Below are positions 42,199 through 56,433 of a stretch of 64,000 nt of DNA, in pieces. Location: positions 1 to 64,000 of the forward strand of contig CAXHJY010000528.1 in assembly GCA_964016885.1 (NCBI GenBank). Direction: 5' to 3'. The position numbers and the translations under genes are program-made. The first letter of the stretch is position 1; every line of letters begins with the position of its first letter. A model generated the notes under the pieces. That model worked only from the letters and a program-made list of their open reading frames with translations. It had not been told where the DNA came from and searched no databases. Source of the DNA: Eledone cirrhosa. Taxonomy: Eukaryota.

Positions 42199-42253
42199 AC
42201 TGCCTGAAGAGGTCACAGCCAAAGATGGCTGTCACTGAAATATATATAGCAGT
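42199..42253 (+). ncRNA. Minimal type I hammerhead ribozyme in a pLTR-like remnant
   Basis: actgc-CTGAAGAG-gtc-acagcca..tggctgt-cact-GAAA-tatatata-gcagt; downstream part repeated at 46381-46452. Confidence 0.75.
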
Positions 42254-42633
42254 AATAAACGAAGCTAAATTTTAAACATTTGACTTTTTATTTAACTTTA
42301 TATTACATTACTCCGGAGTAACCAAACCAACCTGCGCACTTCGTTGAGTGCTCCAGCATGCATACTGAGGTGTTGGTATACAACCAACATATACTAAAAA
42401 AAATATATATATATATATATATATATCACATAAGAAACGGAGAATCTCTGGCGAACAGCAAGAGGCACGATCGATGCGATGATCCAAGCTGACTCCGAAA
42501 TCGCAAGATCCACAGATACATCTCGATTCGTCGAAGCAGAGTTTCAACTCGGATGCTCTACCGACACTACCAATGCATCGCCAACCATTTTGGGGGAAAG
42601 AGTTGTTAAAATCGATCCAGTGTATTACTGGTA

Positions 42634-43232
42634 CGTTTCTTATATGATATTATACTCTCCGTTTCTTATATGATATTATACTGTCCATTTCTTATATTAT
42701 ATTATACTGTCCATTTCTTATATGATATTATACTGTCCATTTCTTATATTATATTATACTGTCCATTTCTTATATGATATTACACTGTCCGTTTCTTATA
42801 TTATATTATACTGTCCATTTCTTATATGATATTATACTCTCCGTTTCTTATATGATATTATACTGTCCATTTCTTATATGATATTATACTGTCCATTTCT
42901 TATATTATATTATACTGTCCATTTCTTATATGATATTATACTGTCCGTTTCTTATATGATATTATACTGTCCATTTCTTATATGATATTATACTGTCCGT
43001 TTCTTATATTATATTATACTCTCCGTTTCTTATATGATATTATACTCTCCGTTTCTTATATTATATTATACTCTCCGTTTCTTATATGATATTACACTGT
43101 CCGTTTCTTATATTATATTATACTCTCCGTTTCTTATATGATATTACACTGTCCGTTTCTTATATTATATTATACTCTCCGTTTCTTATATGATATTACA
43201 CTGTCCGTTTCTTATATGATATTATACTCTAC
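42634..43232. repeat. 26-bp minisatellite (tgatattatactgtccatttcttata), about 23 copies
   Basis: Direct inspection; a few recurrent single-base variants. Confidence 0.95.
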
Positions 43233-43319
43233 TCTGTAAGTGCATCGAGATCTCATACGGCCTACCGCATACGGACGGTTTAAGCACCCCACACCAAATT
43301 ATATATATATATATCTAAA

Positions 43320-43425
43320 GTCTGTCTTAAGCCAGAAGGCTCATTTGGCCGGTGCTTATCCCGGTCTCATGGCGTGAAGCGACTGAGAGTACAAGACTCC
43401 CCCTGGACAGGACGCCAGTCCATCG

Positions 43426-43428
<3 letters not shown>
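43320..43428 (-). mobile_element. 3' tail of the CORE-SINE/L2-like family
   Basis: Minus strand tgcgatggactggcgtcctgtccagggg..ctctcagtcgcttcacgcca. Confidence 0.65.
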
Positions 43429-43472
<44 letters not shown>

Positions 43473-43523
43473 TAAACGGAATAGAAAATGGTGACAAATT
43501 GTCAGCATTTATATATATATATG

Positions 43524-43573
<50 letters not shown>

Positions 43574-43589
43574 TATATTGGTAAACGGA

Positions 43590-43812
43590 ATAGAAAATGC
43601 TGACAAATTGATCGACACCGGAAGATGAAAGCCAAAGCTAACTTCGGTGATATCTGAACGCAGAGGGCGGTAACTCTATGCTGAAAAGCATGCTGTCGTT
43701 TAAATCGACCCCAGTGCGTTATTGGTACTTTATTTTATCGTTAAGAATGACGTACTCATATGTCGTAAATCATGTTGTCGGACGCTCTACCGATACTACC
43801 AATCCACCACCT
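43590..43812 (-). mobile_element. Rearranged tRNA-SINE fragments
   Basis: Segments of the 2513 family out of order. Confidence 0.55.
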
Positions 43813-44477
43813 TTCATTGCGGTAATAATAATGTATGTGTTATCTACGTTTTAAACCGAGTCTTTCCATTAACCACCATTGTATATCTCTCCCTATCTTT
43901 GTAAGATGCTATTATTTTGCAGATAGATAAAAGCAAAAAAATAATTTCCTGCTGGTTTTCAAGAGAAATGCTTTTAGGTTTTTCATGTTAATGATTATGA
44001 TGATGATGATAAGATAATAATAAAGATGATAATACATGCGATGAAAATGATAACAGCGAAGATAATAATGAAAATAATGCATGTACTACCCTCGATTGAA
44101 TAATAGCTATCTGTGTTTTATCACGATCGTTGAAAAACTCTATATTAAACTATATGCAATGCCGAAAAAACAATAAAGGAAGCGCGAGAAAAATGGCTAT
44201 ATAGATTCGTAAAGGCGTGATATTGTTCTGTTGAGGGTAATTTTCGCACCAGATGTAATATCAGGAGCAGGATATCATCATGTGGGCCATGAAATATTAC
44301 TCTGGTATGTAAATGTAATAATACACGCATACATATATGTATGTGTGTGTGTGTGAGGGGTGGGGGCGTATATGTATATACATGTATATATTTATAGACA
44401 TATATGTGTGAGTGTGTATGTATCAATATATATTGTTTTTATATACGCATATATAAATATATATATATATTGATTAT

Positions 44478-44512
<35 letters not shown>

Positions 44513-44603
44513 AACATTATATACATAAAAATATAAATAAATATATATATTATATATATTATATATATTATATATATACAAATGCATATATTTAAAAATA
44601 CAT

Positions 44604-44638
<35 letters not shown>

Positions 44639-44721
44639 CCACCTACCCCCCACTCTCCTGAGCGTGAATTTAATAAACATTTATCGTACTGCCTCTCTGT
44701 TCTGTCCCTGTTCAATTTTTC

Positions 44722-44760
<39 letters not shown>

Positions 44761-45379
44761 ATATTTATAGATATATGGGTGAGTGTGTATGTATGAATAT
44801 ATATTTTTATATATATATTTATTATATATATATAATAAAATATATATAAAAACAATATATATTCATACATACACACTCACATATATGTCTATAAATATAT
44901 ACATGTATATACATATACCCACATTCATATATATATATATGTAAATTTGTCTATATATATATGCATATATATGAATGTGGGAATATGTATGCATGTAAAC
45001 ATATTTATGTATGTATATATCTATATACATATGTGTGTATATAGATGTGTGTATATAAATGAGTGTGTGGCGATAGGGAACTATGAAGTTTTGTTTATTC
45101 TTCGGAATTCGGGTAAAAAGCTACATCAACAAAATACATTGGATGTTGTGTTAGTGTGAGAGGGAAAGAAAGGTAGATAGTGAGAGAGGAAGAGAGGAAG
45201 AGAGAGAGAGTGAGAGAGTGAGAGTCTGGTGTAGTGAGAAGGTTAAATGGTATGAAAAAGAAGGGGAAAGGGCAGAAATAGAATTATAATTGACCGATAT
45301 AGATAAATGGATAGATAAATGTGTATATATATATATATAAATGTGTATATATATATGTATATATATATATATGATAATA

Positions 45380-45760
45380 ATGATGGCTGCGCGTTGCAAA
45401 TGGTGGTGCATATGAAAAAGTAAGTCCTTAATCAGTGACCCTCCAACCGTCCCAGGCATTTCATCGCTTTAAGGGCCATATGCCTCAGGTTGGTGCGAAC
45501 AACGGCTAAAAAAAGTCGTTGGGACACGTAAATAAAGGGGACGTTAGGGTAACAAACAAAATGGTTTAAGCAACGGAAAGTGAGAAGAAATAGACAAGTC
45601 CCAGATCTCTATGAATATAAACTCGGTGAAATCGTGAACAAGAGACAAAAGACCATCAAACCTGGTTGAAATGTAAGCAAGGAAGGAATTTCGCACAGGT
45701 CTAACGGGGGGGGGGGGGGAAGAAGAAGAAGAAGAAGAAGAAGGGGTCTGGTCTACGAAT
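45380..45760 (-). mobile_element. Inverted, diverged copy of 41486-41840
   Basis: Reverse-complement similarity. Confidence 0.65.
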
Positions 45761-45828
45761 TCGGTAAACATAAGTTTTGTGGAGTCGCAGACGAAAGAGA
45801 GAGAGAGAAAAAATTATATATATATATA

Positions 45829-45894
<66 letters not shown>

Positions 45895-45900
<6 letters not shown>

Positions 45901-46321
45901 GTTATATTTACTTTGTTGGGATACAACAAGCAAAATATTTTATAACTGAAATAAAGCACTCAACAAATTATTGGAGTAAATATACAATATATTAACAAAT
46001 GGAAACTATATTTTATAAACCATATTTATTTCATTATACATATTTCAAGGGCCACCAAAGCAGATTATGGTGCGCTTTCATCAGATAAAATATAATATAG
46101 ATTAGTTTTATAAATAAATATTGACATACTCTGAAAAAATGCAAACTTTACGGTTCGAAGGTTGCATTTTTTCAGGGTATGTCAATATTTGTTTATAAAA
46201 CTAATCTATATTATATCTTATCTGATTAAAGTTCACCATAACCTGCTTTGGTGGCCCTTGAAATATGTGTAATGAAATAAATATGGTTTTATAAATATAG
46301 TTTCCATTTGTTAATATATTG

Positions 46322-46322
<1 letters not shown>
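45895..46322 (-). mobile_element. Fold-back element (about 165-bp arms) with hammerhead
   Basis: Palindrome 45987-46322; minus strand tattttat-CTGATGA-aag..GAAA-tatgtata-atgaaata; left tail. Confidence 0.75.
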
Positions 46323-46369
<47 letters not shown>

Positions 46370-46453
46370 TTTGAGTTTATGTCACTGAAATATATATAGC
46401 AGTAATAAACGAAGCTAAATTTTAATCATTTGACTTATATTTAACTTTATTTC

Positions 46454-46534
<81 letters not shown>

Positions 46535-46792
46535 TATACACACACATACACAGATTTATGACAGAGAAATAGATAGATAGATGGATAGATAAATGGATAG
46601 ATAGATAACTACATATACATAGATAGATAGACAGGTAGATAGATCGATAGATAGATATATAGCTGCATAGAAAAATAAATATATATATTAGATAAATATA
46701 TATATAGATAGATATAGATTTACGAATAAATAGATAGATACATATATATATATATAGAGAGAGAGAGATAGATCATATATATATATATATAT

Positions 46793-46980
46793 ATAGTTTT
46801 AATATAGATGAGATTCTACAGGACTAGAACCGTTTCATTCATTAGAAATCATCAGGAATCTGATTAATGAATGAAACAGTTCTAGTCTGTAGAATCTCAT
46901 CTATATTAAAACTATTATACTCTGCTATGTATTGAGTACTTTACTTACTGTGGTTACCTCCGATTCAACCCGGAATAACG

Positions 46981-46981
<1 letters not shown>
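46793..46981 (+). mobile_element. Fold-back mini element (36040 family)
   Basis: atagttttaatatagatgagattctacag / reverse complement; tail gtattgagtact..acccggaataacg then (TA)n. Confidence 0.75.
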
Positions 46982-47022
<41 letters not shown>

Positions 47023-47357
47023 TAGAATGCTTGGTTGTTCGAGGGTTAAACGGAGAGCAGGCTATAATTGGCGAGATAAAATAGAAATGATTCTTTGGCC
47101 TTAAGTTAGGCAATGATCCTAGCAAGGCAATTTGAGATTCGCAAACGAATCAAATAGGTCATAGAGAGGAGAACTTTTGCTATTATTTCTGTTTTATTAT
47201 TGAACACTAACTACTTCTTACAAGCACACACACGTGTGTTGTGTGCTTGGTGTGTGTGTATATATATATATACATATACAAAGATATTTCATTATATATG
47301 CATATTTGTCGGTGTACATGTGTAGTATAGATCTGTATGTATATACATATACAAATA

Positions 47358-47446
<89 letters not shown>

Positions 47447-47514
47447 AATATATGCATATTTATCGGTGTGTATGTGTATTATAGATCGGTATGTATATAT
47501 GTCTATACAAATAC

Positions 47515-47576
<62 letters not shown>

Positions 47577-47711
47577 GATGGGGAGCGCATGCGTGATGTA
47601 GCTCTATATAGACATATATATAAACATATATTTATACACAAGCATACATTTATATATATCAAAACACACAGACAGATACACACGCACACAATATACGAAT
47701 ACATATGCGTG

Positions 47712-47781
<70 letters not shown>

Positions 47782-47995
47782 GAAATCGTAAGCAAAGCGC
47801 AATAAGCGAGTTAAACATGTAGATATATTACATGAAACCACAACCACAAAGGCACCAACAACCACAACAGCAACAACAGCAACAACAACAACAACAACAA
47901 CAAAACGGGATAGAATGAAGGAAAACGAGTGAGAAGATAAACGGTAACGGATATTTAGGGAAAGTTGAAGAGAGAGAGAGAGAGACGGAGAGAGC

Positions 47996-48042
<47 letters not shown>

Positions 48043-48303
48043 GTGAGAGAGAATGAGGAGAGAGAGGTAGACAGAGAGACAGAAATGAGGAGAGAGAGAT
48101 AGAGAGAGAGAGGGTAATGAGATAGAGGCCATATTGCTGTATAGTGCACTGTCACACAAAATGGCGGAAAGTATGTGAAGCACGGAAAACAACACTAAAA
48201 GGTTAGCATACCTTAAATGAAATAGAAAAAATATACACGCACATTATATATATATATATATATATATTTATACATATATATATAATACATGTGCACTTGC
48301 ATG

Positions 48304-48337
<34 letters not shown>

Positions 48338-48496
48338 AATATCTCTATATATATATATATACACATACATAGAAACACACACAAAGAGACTATCACACAA
48401 ATACTCTTACATACGCATACAGAGATAGGCAAAGCACAACAACACTCATTAAATGTACCACAGGCTCACGCAAAAATGTATGACACACACACAAAC

Positions 48497-48529
<33 letters not shown>

Positions 48530-48574
48530 TATTCATATATATATATATATATATATATACACAAATATATATTC

Positions 48575-48605
<31 letters not shown>

Positions 48606-48778
48606 TATATTCATATATATATATATACACACATATATATTCATATATATATATATTATATATACACACATATATATTCATATATGTATATATATATATA
48701 TTTATATATTTTTATATATATATATATATTTATATATATATAAATATATACATATATATATAGATTTATATATTTACA

Positions 48779-48843
<65 letters not shown>

Positions 48844-49278
48844 GTGGAAACGCACACAAAAACCCTCCACATAAATACATACACAAACAAGGATACATCC
48901 ACTCATACACATGCATAAAAACAAAAGTAAATCTAAGTAAAATGGCGGACGGAAAATTGGGATCTCCGAAAACGAGGTCTAATTATAATTACGAACACGA
49001 AACAGACATGAAAAACGTGGCTTGGCAGCCATTTTCTTTTGCTTTGTATCATTGTCTTGTCATTTATTTTTTTGTGTGTAGAAGCTCTTCTTTAAGTATC
49101 GTTTATCATTAATATTGGTATTAGTTTTGTTTGAGTGTCATTAAGGGGAAGTGAGAGGCAGATACATAGACAGAGGGAGAATGAATATATCCATAGAAGG
49201 ATAAATAGAGACATGCATACACTCACTCATACACGTATATATATACACACACATACACATATATATATATGTAGATAG

Positions 49279-49309
<31 letters not shown>

Positions 49310-49444
49310 AATAAATAAATATATATTCCCCTATAATTTTTCTTTATATCGCTATATTAAAACTCTTCCCATTTCTCACTCTCTCGCTTTCTTTCTCTCT
49401 CCGTCATCCACCCCTACACATATATATCTATCTATATATATATA

Positions 49445-49503
<59 letters not shown>

Positions 49504-49647
49504 AGAGAAAGAGAGAAAGAGAGCGAGAGAGAAAGATAGAGAGAGTGGGAGAGAGAGAGATGGGAAGAGTATTAATATCGCGATCTTTAGAAAATTGATC
49601 GGGGAACTATCTATATCTCTCTCTCTATATATATCTGTCACTTTCTC

Positions 49648-49727
<80 letters not shown>

Positions 49728-49821
49728 TATACATACATAGGAAAAATAGTTCTAAATAACATACGAATCGTGTCATCTCACAATGGTAATACACGTAGTG
49801 AAACAGAGGATTCAATTATAT

Positions 49822-49888
<67 letters not shown>

Positions 49889-50139
49889 TATTAAACAATA
49901 TTTGTTTTCGCTCTAACATGGGGGGCACCTAAATGTATATTCGTGGGTGAAAAATAATATATTATAATAATAATATTCTAATATTAACATTATTCGCTCA
50001 CGAATATATACATACACACATATATATATATATATATAATGTATAATAAACAATACAATATAATTACCTCATTACCAGAGGTTTCCCGAATAAGACGAAT
50101 ACGAAAAAAAACTTCAATACCTATATATATATATATATA

Positions 50140-50517
50140 TATTATTCAAAATATTAACAAATGAAAAGTATTCTCATAATCAAAATATATACTTTATTAT
50201 ATATATTTCAAAGTTACTGTGTTGTTTTTTCAGTACGTCCTCATCAGGCAAAATATATGATTTGATATATGACAACCGCTACGCTCTTGATTATTCAATT
50301 CCAGTATTTGTCTGATGAGGACGTACTGAAAAAACAACACAGTACCTTTGAAATATATATAATAAAGTATATATTTTGATTATGAGAATATTTTTCATTC
50401 GTTAATATTTTGAATAATATAAAAAACTCCATGAAAACTTCACTGTTCAGTGCTTCTAATCTATTGTAAAATTGTATTCATTGAGTAATCACCGAACCAT
50501 ACTAATCTTTGGTCATA

Positions 50518-50520
<3 letters not shown>
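50140..50520 (+). mobile_element. Fold-back element with hammerhead
   Basis: Arms about 50140-50250 and 50310-50420; CTGATGAG-gac-gtactg..cagtac-cttt-GAAA-tatatata; right tail. Confidence 0.75.
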
Positions 50521-50553
<33 letters not shown>

Positions 50554-50751
50554 TCCCGGGTTTAATGAGGTACTCAATACATTTGTAGATACTAATCAAT
50601 AAATTTAATATAGAAATGGCTTCTACATGACTACAACTGTGTGGTGGTGGTTGTGTGTGTGTATGTGTGTATGTGTGTGTATGTGTGTGTATGTGTGTGT
50701 GTATGTGTGTGTGTGTGTGTGTGTATGTGTGTGTGTGTGTGTGTGAGTGTG

Positions 50752-50812
<61 letters not shown>

Positions 50813-51011
50813 GTGTATGTAGACAGAACAATGAAAATACAGAAGTCAGGTTCAGGTAGATAGTTCATTGTTTTACGATCGTTTCAGAGTGTCGATTGAT
50901 CGAATGAGATCCATGTACCGAATAGCATGGTATAGTTTCAGGTTCTACCCTATTTCTAGGCCCGGGGTCCTTGTTCAATCCCTGTTGGATATATATATAT
51001 ATATACATATA

Positions 51012-51070
51012 TATTCCTGATGATTTCTCCCGAATGAAACAGTTCTAGTCATGCAGAAGCCATTTCTATA
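51012..51070 (+). mobile_element. Minimal hammerhead arm (36040 family)
   Basis: cCTGATGA-tttc..gaat-GAAA-cagttctaGTC. Confidence 0.6.
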
Positions 51071-51139
51071 ATATATATATATACATATATATATATATAA
51101 TACATTGTAAATGATAATCAGAGTGTACTTAAAGCATTT

Positions 51140-51190
51140 AATCGCTTACGATCGTTTCATCCTAGCACAAGGGCATCATCGGAGTATTTC
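51140..51190 (-). ncRNA. Hammerhead-like motif (CCGA variant)
   Basis: Minus strand CCGATGA-tgcccttgtgctaggat-GAAA-cgatcg-TA with palindromic stem III; stem I weak. Confidence 0.5.
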
Positions 51191-51717
51191 GTGTCTGTAG
51201 TATACTTATTATACATTGAGCTATTTCCATATATGTAACTGGGTAATATTTATTATTACCCACATATATATTTATATTATTATTATTTATTATTACCCAC
51301 ATATATATTTATATATAGCTGCAATTATATATATATATATATATATATTCTCTTTTACCTCTCCCAGCAAACCCACTGATGTCATCTATATATATATATA
51401 AGTATATATATTTCTTTAAATACACGCAGGTATATACATACATTTGTATATATATATATACGTATATGTGTATGTGTGTTTGTATGCATACGCGTGCGTA
51501 TGTATAAGTGTGATGTATTGAATATATTTCCATATTTGGTAATTATGGGTTAACAATTTCTTCGACGTTGAATTTAACTGAACAGAAAGCAATGACAGAA
51601 AGCATGGCAGCAATTGTTAAAATGTATATATATACATATATATACACACACATACACACACACACACATACACACGCATATATATATATATATATACACA
51701 TACATATATGTGTGTGT

Positions 51718-51761
<44 letters not shown>

Positions 51762-51775
51762 GCACACACCACATC

Positions 51776-51865
<90 letters not shown>

Positions 51866-51976
51866 CATACATATATGTGTGTGTGTTTATATATATATAT
51901 ATATATACTTGCACACACATATATATATATACATGCACACACACATCTATGTATATATATACAGATATATATATAT

Positions 51977-52026
<50 letters not shown>

Positions 52027-52102
52027 CATATATGTGTGTGTTTATATATATATATATACTTGCACACATATATATATACATGCACACACACATCTATGTA
52101 TA

Positions 52103-52149
<47 letters not shown>

Positions 52150-52241
52150 TATATACCCTTATACGCACGTGTGTGTGAGATGTGTGTAATGTATAGTACA
52201 CACACACACATACACAGAAACACACATACATAATATACACA

Positions 52242-52279
<38 letters not shown>

Positions 52280-52630
52280 AACACACATATATATATTTGC
52301 AGTTGTGTGTCGGTGACAATACCTTCCTTGATTCTATGACACATAACACATTACAGCTAGCTATCTGCTCTTCCACTTGCAGTTCTGTACACCCAACAAT
52401 ACTGCTTGTGACATGTAAATATATATGTACTAAACATGTATGCATCATCTTCACTGAATATGTTTCTAATTACGTTACCACTTGCTGTGCTATGGAAGCC
52501 TGTATTATTAACAACGAGTTGCTCTTCAGTATATACTGTACATTCATACCTTTCGTACATTGTATGTACTTTAAATCGAGAGATCTATTGTAACATCTCT
52601 CTAACTACACATTCACACACATACACACAC

Positions 52631-52676
<46 letters not shown>

Positions 52677-52995
52677 CGTATATATATATACATGTACACA
52701 CATATATACACATATATTCACATATATACATACATATATATACACATATATACATACATATATACACATATATACATACATATATACACATATATACATA
52801 CATATATACACATATATACACATATATACATACATATACATACATATATACACATATATATACATACATACACATATATACATACATACATACACATATA
52901 TACATACATACACACACATATACATACATACAATCACACATATACATACATACACACATACATACATACACGCACGCACACACATATATATATAT

Positions 52996-53562
52996 AAATA
53001 TATTTAATGTATAACAAACAATACACTATAATTAGCTCATTACCAGAGGTTTCCCAAATAAGACGAATACAAGACACGTCCGCATTCGTTCATCAGACAA
53101 GGCAATTTAAAACAGTGAAATATTTGAAAAATCTCCTCGAGAAAGGCAAAAGTTTAACGGGCAAAAAAAATAAGAGATGTATAAAAAATATAAATAAAGA
53201 AATACAGTAAGTGGATGTGTATAAATGTGTGTATATACACTTACAATTATACATGTCTGTGTATCTACAAATGCATGTGTATAGTGAATAAAATGTGTGC
53301 GTAAGTACATACATGAGGGCAAACATATTAGGGGACATTTTTGCCTTTCTTGAGGAGATTTTTCAAATATTTCACTGTGTTTTAAATTGCCTAGTCTGAT
53401 GAACGAATGCGGACGTGTCTTGTATTCGTCTTATTCAGGAAACCTCTGGTAATGAGGTAATTATAGTGTATTGTTTATTATACATTAAATATTTAGCTCT
53501 GTAACTTACATAGAGCACTCTTCATTCCTCTGACTTTTTCAATTTTCAACGGAAACTTCAAT

Positions 53563-53568
<6 letters not shown>
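52996..53568 (+). mobile_element. Fold-back element (about 155-bp arms, about 185-bp spacer) with hammerhead
   Basis: aattgcct..CTGATGA-acgaatgcggac..gtcttgtattcgt..GAAA-cctctgg-TA..aggtaatt; tail ends aacttcaatac then (TA)n; mini version at 50035-50125. Confidence 0.8.
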
Positions 53569-53626
<58 letters not shown>

Positions 53627-53630
<4 letters not shown>

Positions 53631-53834
53631 AACGAGTAGGACCCCGACGGCTGAGCTCAAGCCGTTTCGACGGCTAATTCTGGACGCTAGAGTCTGGAGT
53701 CCAGAATTAGCCGTCGAAACGGCTTGAGCTCAGCCGTCGGGGTCCTCCTCGTTCCTATTACCCACTCTACTACCCTAAGTATTGAGTACTTTGGTGCGTT
53801 ATGGTCCACCTGGTTCCTTACCACATTTCCTTCG

Positions 53835-53838
<4 letters not shown>
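53627..53838 (+). mobile_element. Fold-back mini element (34990 family)
   Basis: GAAA-cggc-ttgagctca-gccg-TC-gggg; tail with gtattgagtac; (TA)n on both sides. Confidence 0.75.
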
Positions 53839-53886
<48 letters not shown>

Positions 53887-53975
53887 ATTTATATATACAC
53901 TCATATTTATAATGAATAGAAAAATTACAGGGGCAATCATTCGTCATCATTCGTTTACTCTCGTCTCTCTGTCTG

Positions 53976-54036
<61 letters not shown>

Positions 54037-54519
54037 ATATTTAGTGAGAAGTGTCTAGTTAAAATTATGTTAGATTATACAATCATTTCACAATTATGGA
54101 AAGGAGAATGTTCCGTCATTCAGAGAGTAAATTAGTTTAGAACACGTTAAATCTCGTAAATACACGGACATATACACCTCATCCCGATGAGTGCCTGACG
54201 AGACTTGGATTTCGCTTTGACTTGAGAAACTAAACACCTTCCTGCCTGGTTTTGTGTGAAGGTTGACACCTTCAGTTGACTTTCTAAATTTATGTTTTAG
54301 TATGACTGCGAAAACGATGCCAAACAGTTTATGTGTTAGCATCCAACCCTGAACCCTGCTTCACACCACTGCATATGGTAAATCGCTGCAAAGACGAGCC
54401 AACAAATTGAACGACACCTTTCATATCTGCCACGCGTCTTTATGCAAATTTGTAGCCACTACTGTTCTCTTACAGCTTTCGTAAAATCTGAAATATTTAT
54501 GTCCGGAGTTTACATCGTT

Positions 54520-55012
54520 CAGGCGGCGAATTGGCGTTGGAGAGAATGCTTTGTAGAAGACATTTCAGCTCTCTGCTCCCTGAGTTCAAATCCCGTCGAG
54601 GTCAGCTTTGCATTTTATCCATTCAAATCGATAAAAAAAGTACCAGTTAAGTACTTAGGTCGATGCATCCTCTATATCTCTTTCTTACTTCTTCACTTCC
54701 ACGCTCTGTATCCTTCCCTGGAAGAAATCTGCTGTATTCAGATATGGAGAGGAGAAGGGCTACAAGTTAAAAGAAAAATGAACTAGAAACGCCGTAAGTC
54801 AATATGGCACACATACAACTTCCTCATGAGTTACGGTTCCTTACCACACCACACTATACTATACATACCATACCATACATACCATACATACCATCCATAC
54901 ATACCATACATACCATACATACTATACCATACATACCATACCATACATATCATACCATACATACCATACATACATATCATACCATACATACCATACCATA
55001 CATACCGTACCA
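54520..55012 (+). mobile_element. Long-tail tRNA-SINE ending in an expanded (CATAC)n tail
   Basis: B-box and core, then 'ctagaaacgccgtaagtcaa..ctcatgagttacgg' then (ccata/catac)n; inverted relative at 61990-62305. Confidence 0.65.
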
Positions 55013-55306
55013 TTCAGTCGGATTCCTAGTCGTAACGGTGCCCATATTTTGGTGGGGAGGAAATATATTCAGTATTAGATCATCCTGCCTGTATGAGCGT
55101 TTCAGAAATCGGGAAGTTAGTATCTGCAGAATAATGTTTATCGTAAATGTTTCCTTTAAGGTCGAGCGACCTTGGACAGACTTTCTCAGTACAGCGAAAT
55201 ATATATTACATCATGGCTCTGTAATATATATATGGCTATATTCAATATATTATACAATTCAGTTTAATATAGTAATATATATGGGAGAATTTCCAAGTTT
55301 CAATTA

Positions 55307-55363
<57 letters not shown>

Positions 55364-55396
55364 ATATATATATATATATATGTGTATATATATATA

Positions 55397-55536
<140 letters not shown>

Positions 55537-55559
55537 AATATATATATATAGATAAATAT

Positions 55560-55618
<59 letters not shown>

Positions 55619-55880
55619 TATATATATAGATATATATATATATATATATAAATATATATATATATTTCGTTTCTGAATTTGTTTAGCAAGATTCTTTATC
55701 TGAAATCGTGTGTTGAAACCGATATTGTTATACTTTGGGAGGGTCATGTTGCCAATAAGAAACACACGCACCAGTTGCTTTCACTTCAATTTAATTTAAT
55801 ATATATTTATAAATTTACAAATTTATAAATTTCTGGTTGGTTGGTTGGTTCCACAACCAGATAGTTGTTTATATATATAT

Positions 55881-55925
55881 AGTCATAGTTCTTTCGTCAC
55901 ACACTCTGTGACCTCTTCAGTGACT
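55881..55925 (-). ncRNA. Hammerhead ribozyme in the left pLTR
   Basis: Reverse complement of 59231-59275. Confidence 0.8.
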
Positions 55926-56433
55926 GGGGATTTCTTTCTTCGTTTCTGTGCCTTTCCTTTCTTCTATCCTACGCCATTTTGTTTGTGTGTGGGTTGCGTG
56001 CTCAGTTTGCGCATGCGCCACATCCGGGTGTCTGTGTGTGTTTGTGTTCATTTTTCTATTTTTCTATTTATATTTGTTTGTTTATTTATTTATTTATTGT
56101 TGGTTGGTTGTTTGTTCTATGTGTGTGTGTGTTTTCATTTTGTCTTGTGTGTGTTTTCATTTTGTGTGTGTTTTCAATTGTAAGTTGTTTGTTCTATGTG
56201 TGTGTGTGTTTTCATTTTGTCCTTAATTGTAAGTTGTGATGTTGCTGTTCCACTCATATTTTCTATTTAATTTTGGTTTTAATTCTTTTATGCTTACTGC
56301 CTCTGTAATTTGCCTAAACATTGCGTCTTTCTTGTGTGTGGATTCTATTTTTATTTCTATGCTCTCTAATTTACCCCTGTGTTCTATCTTAGCATGTTGG
56401 TAGAGCACAGATGATTCTTTACTATCTTGGAGG

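Noticed and set aside
42634-43232. CRISPR-like regular repeat
   Set aside because: No unique spacers, no cas genes, eukaryotic context
56427-56433. ORF start of the 499-aa RT
   Set aside because: The TTG lies in the inverted arm at the junction; the true N-terminus is missing
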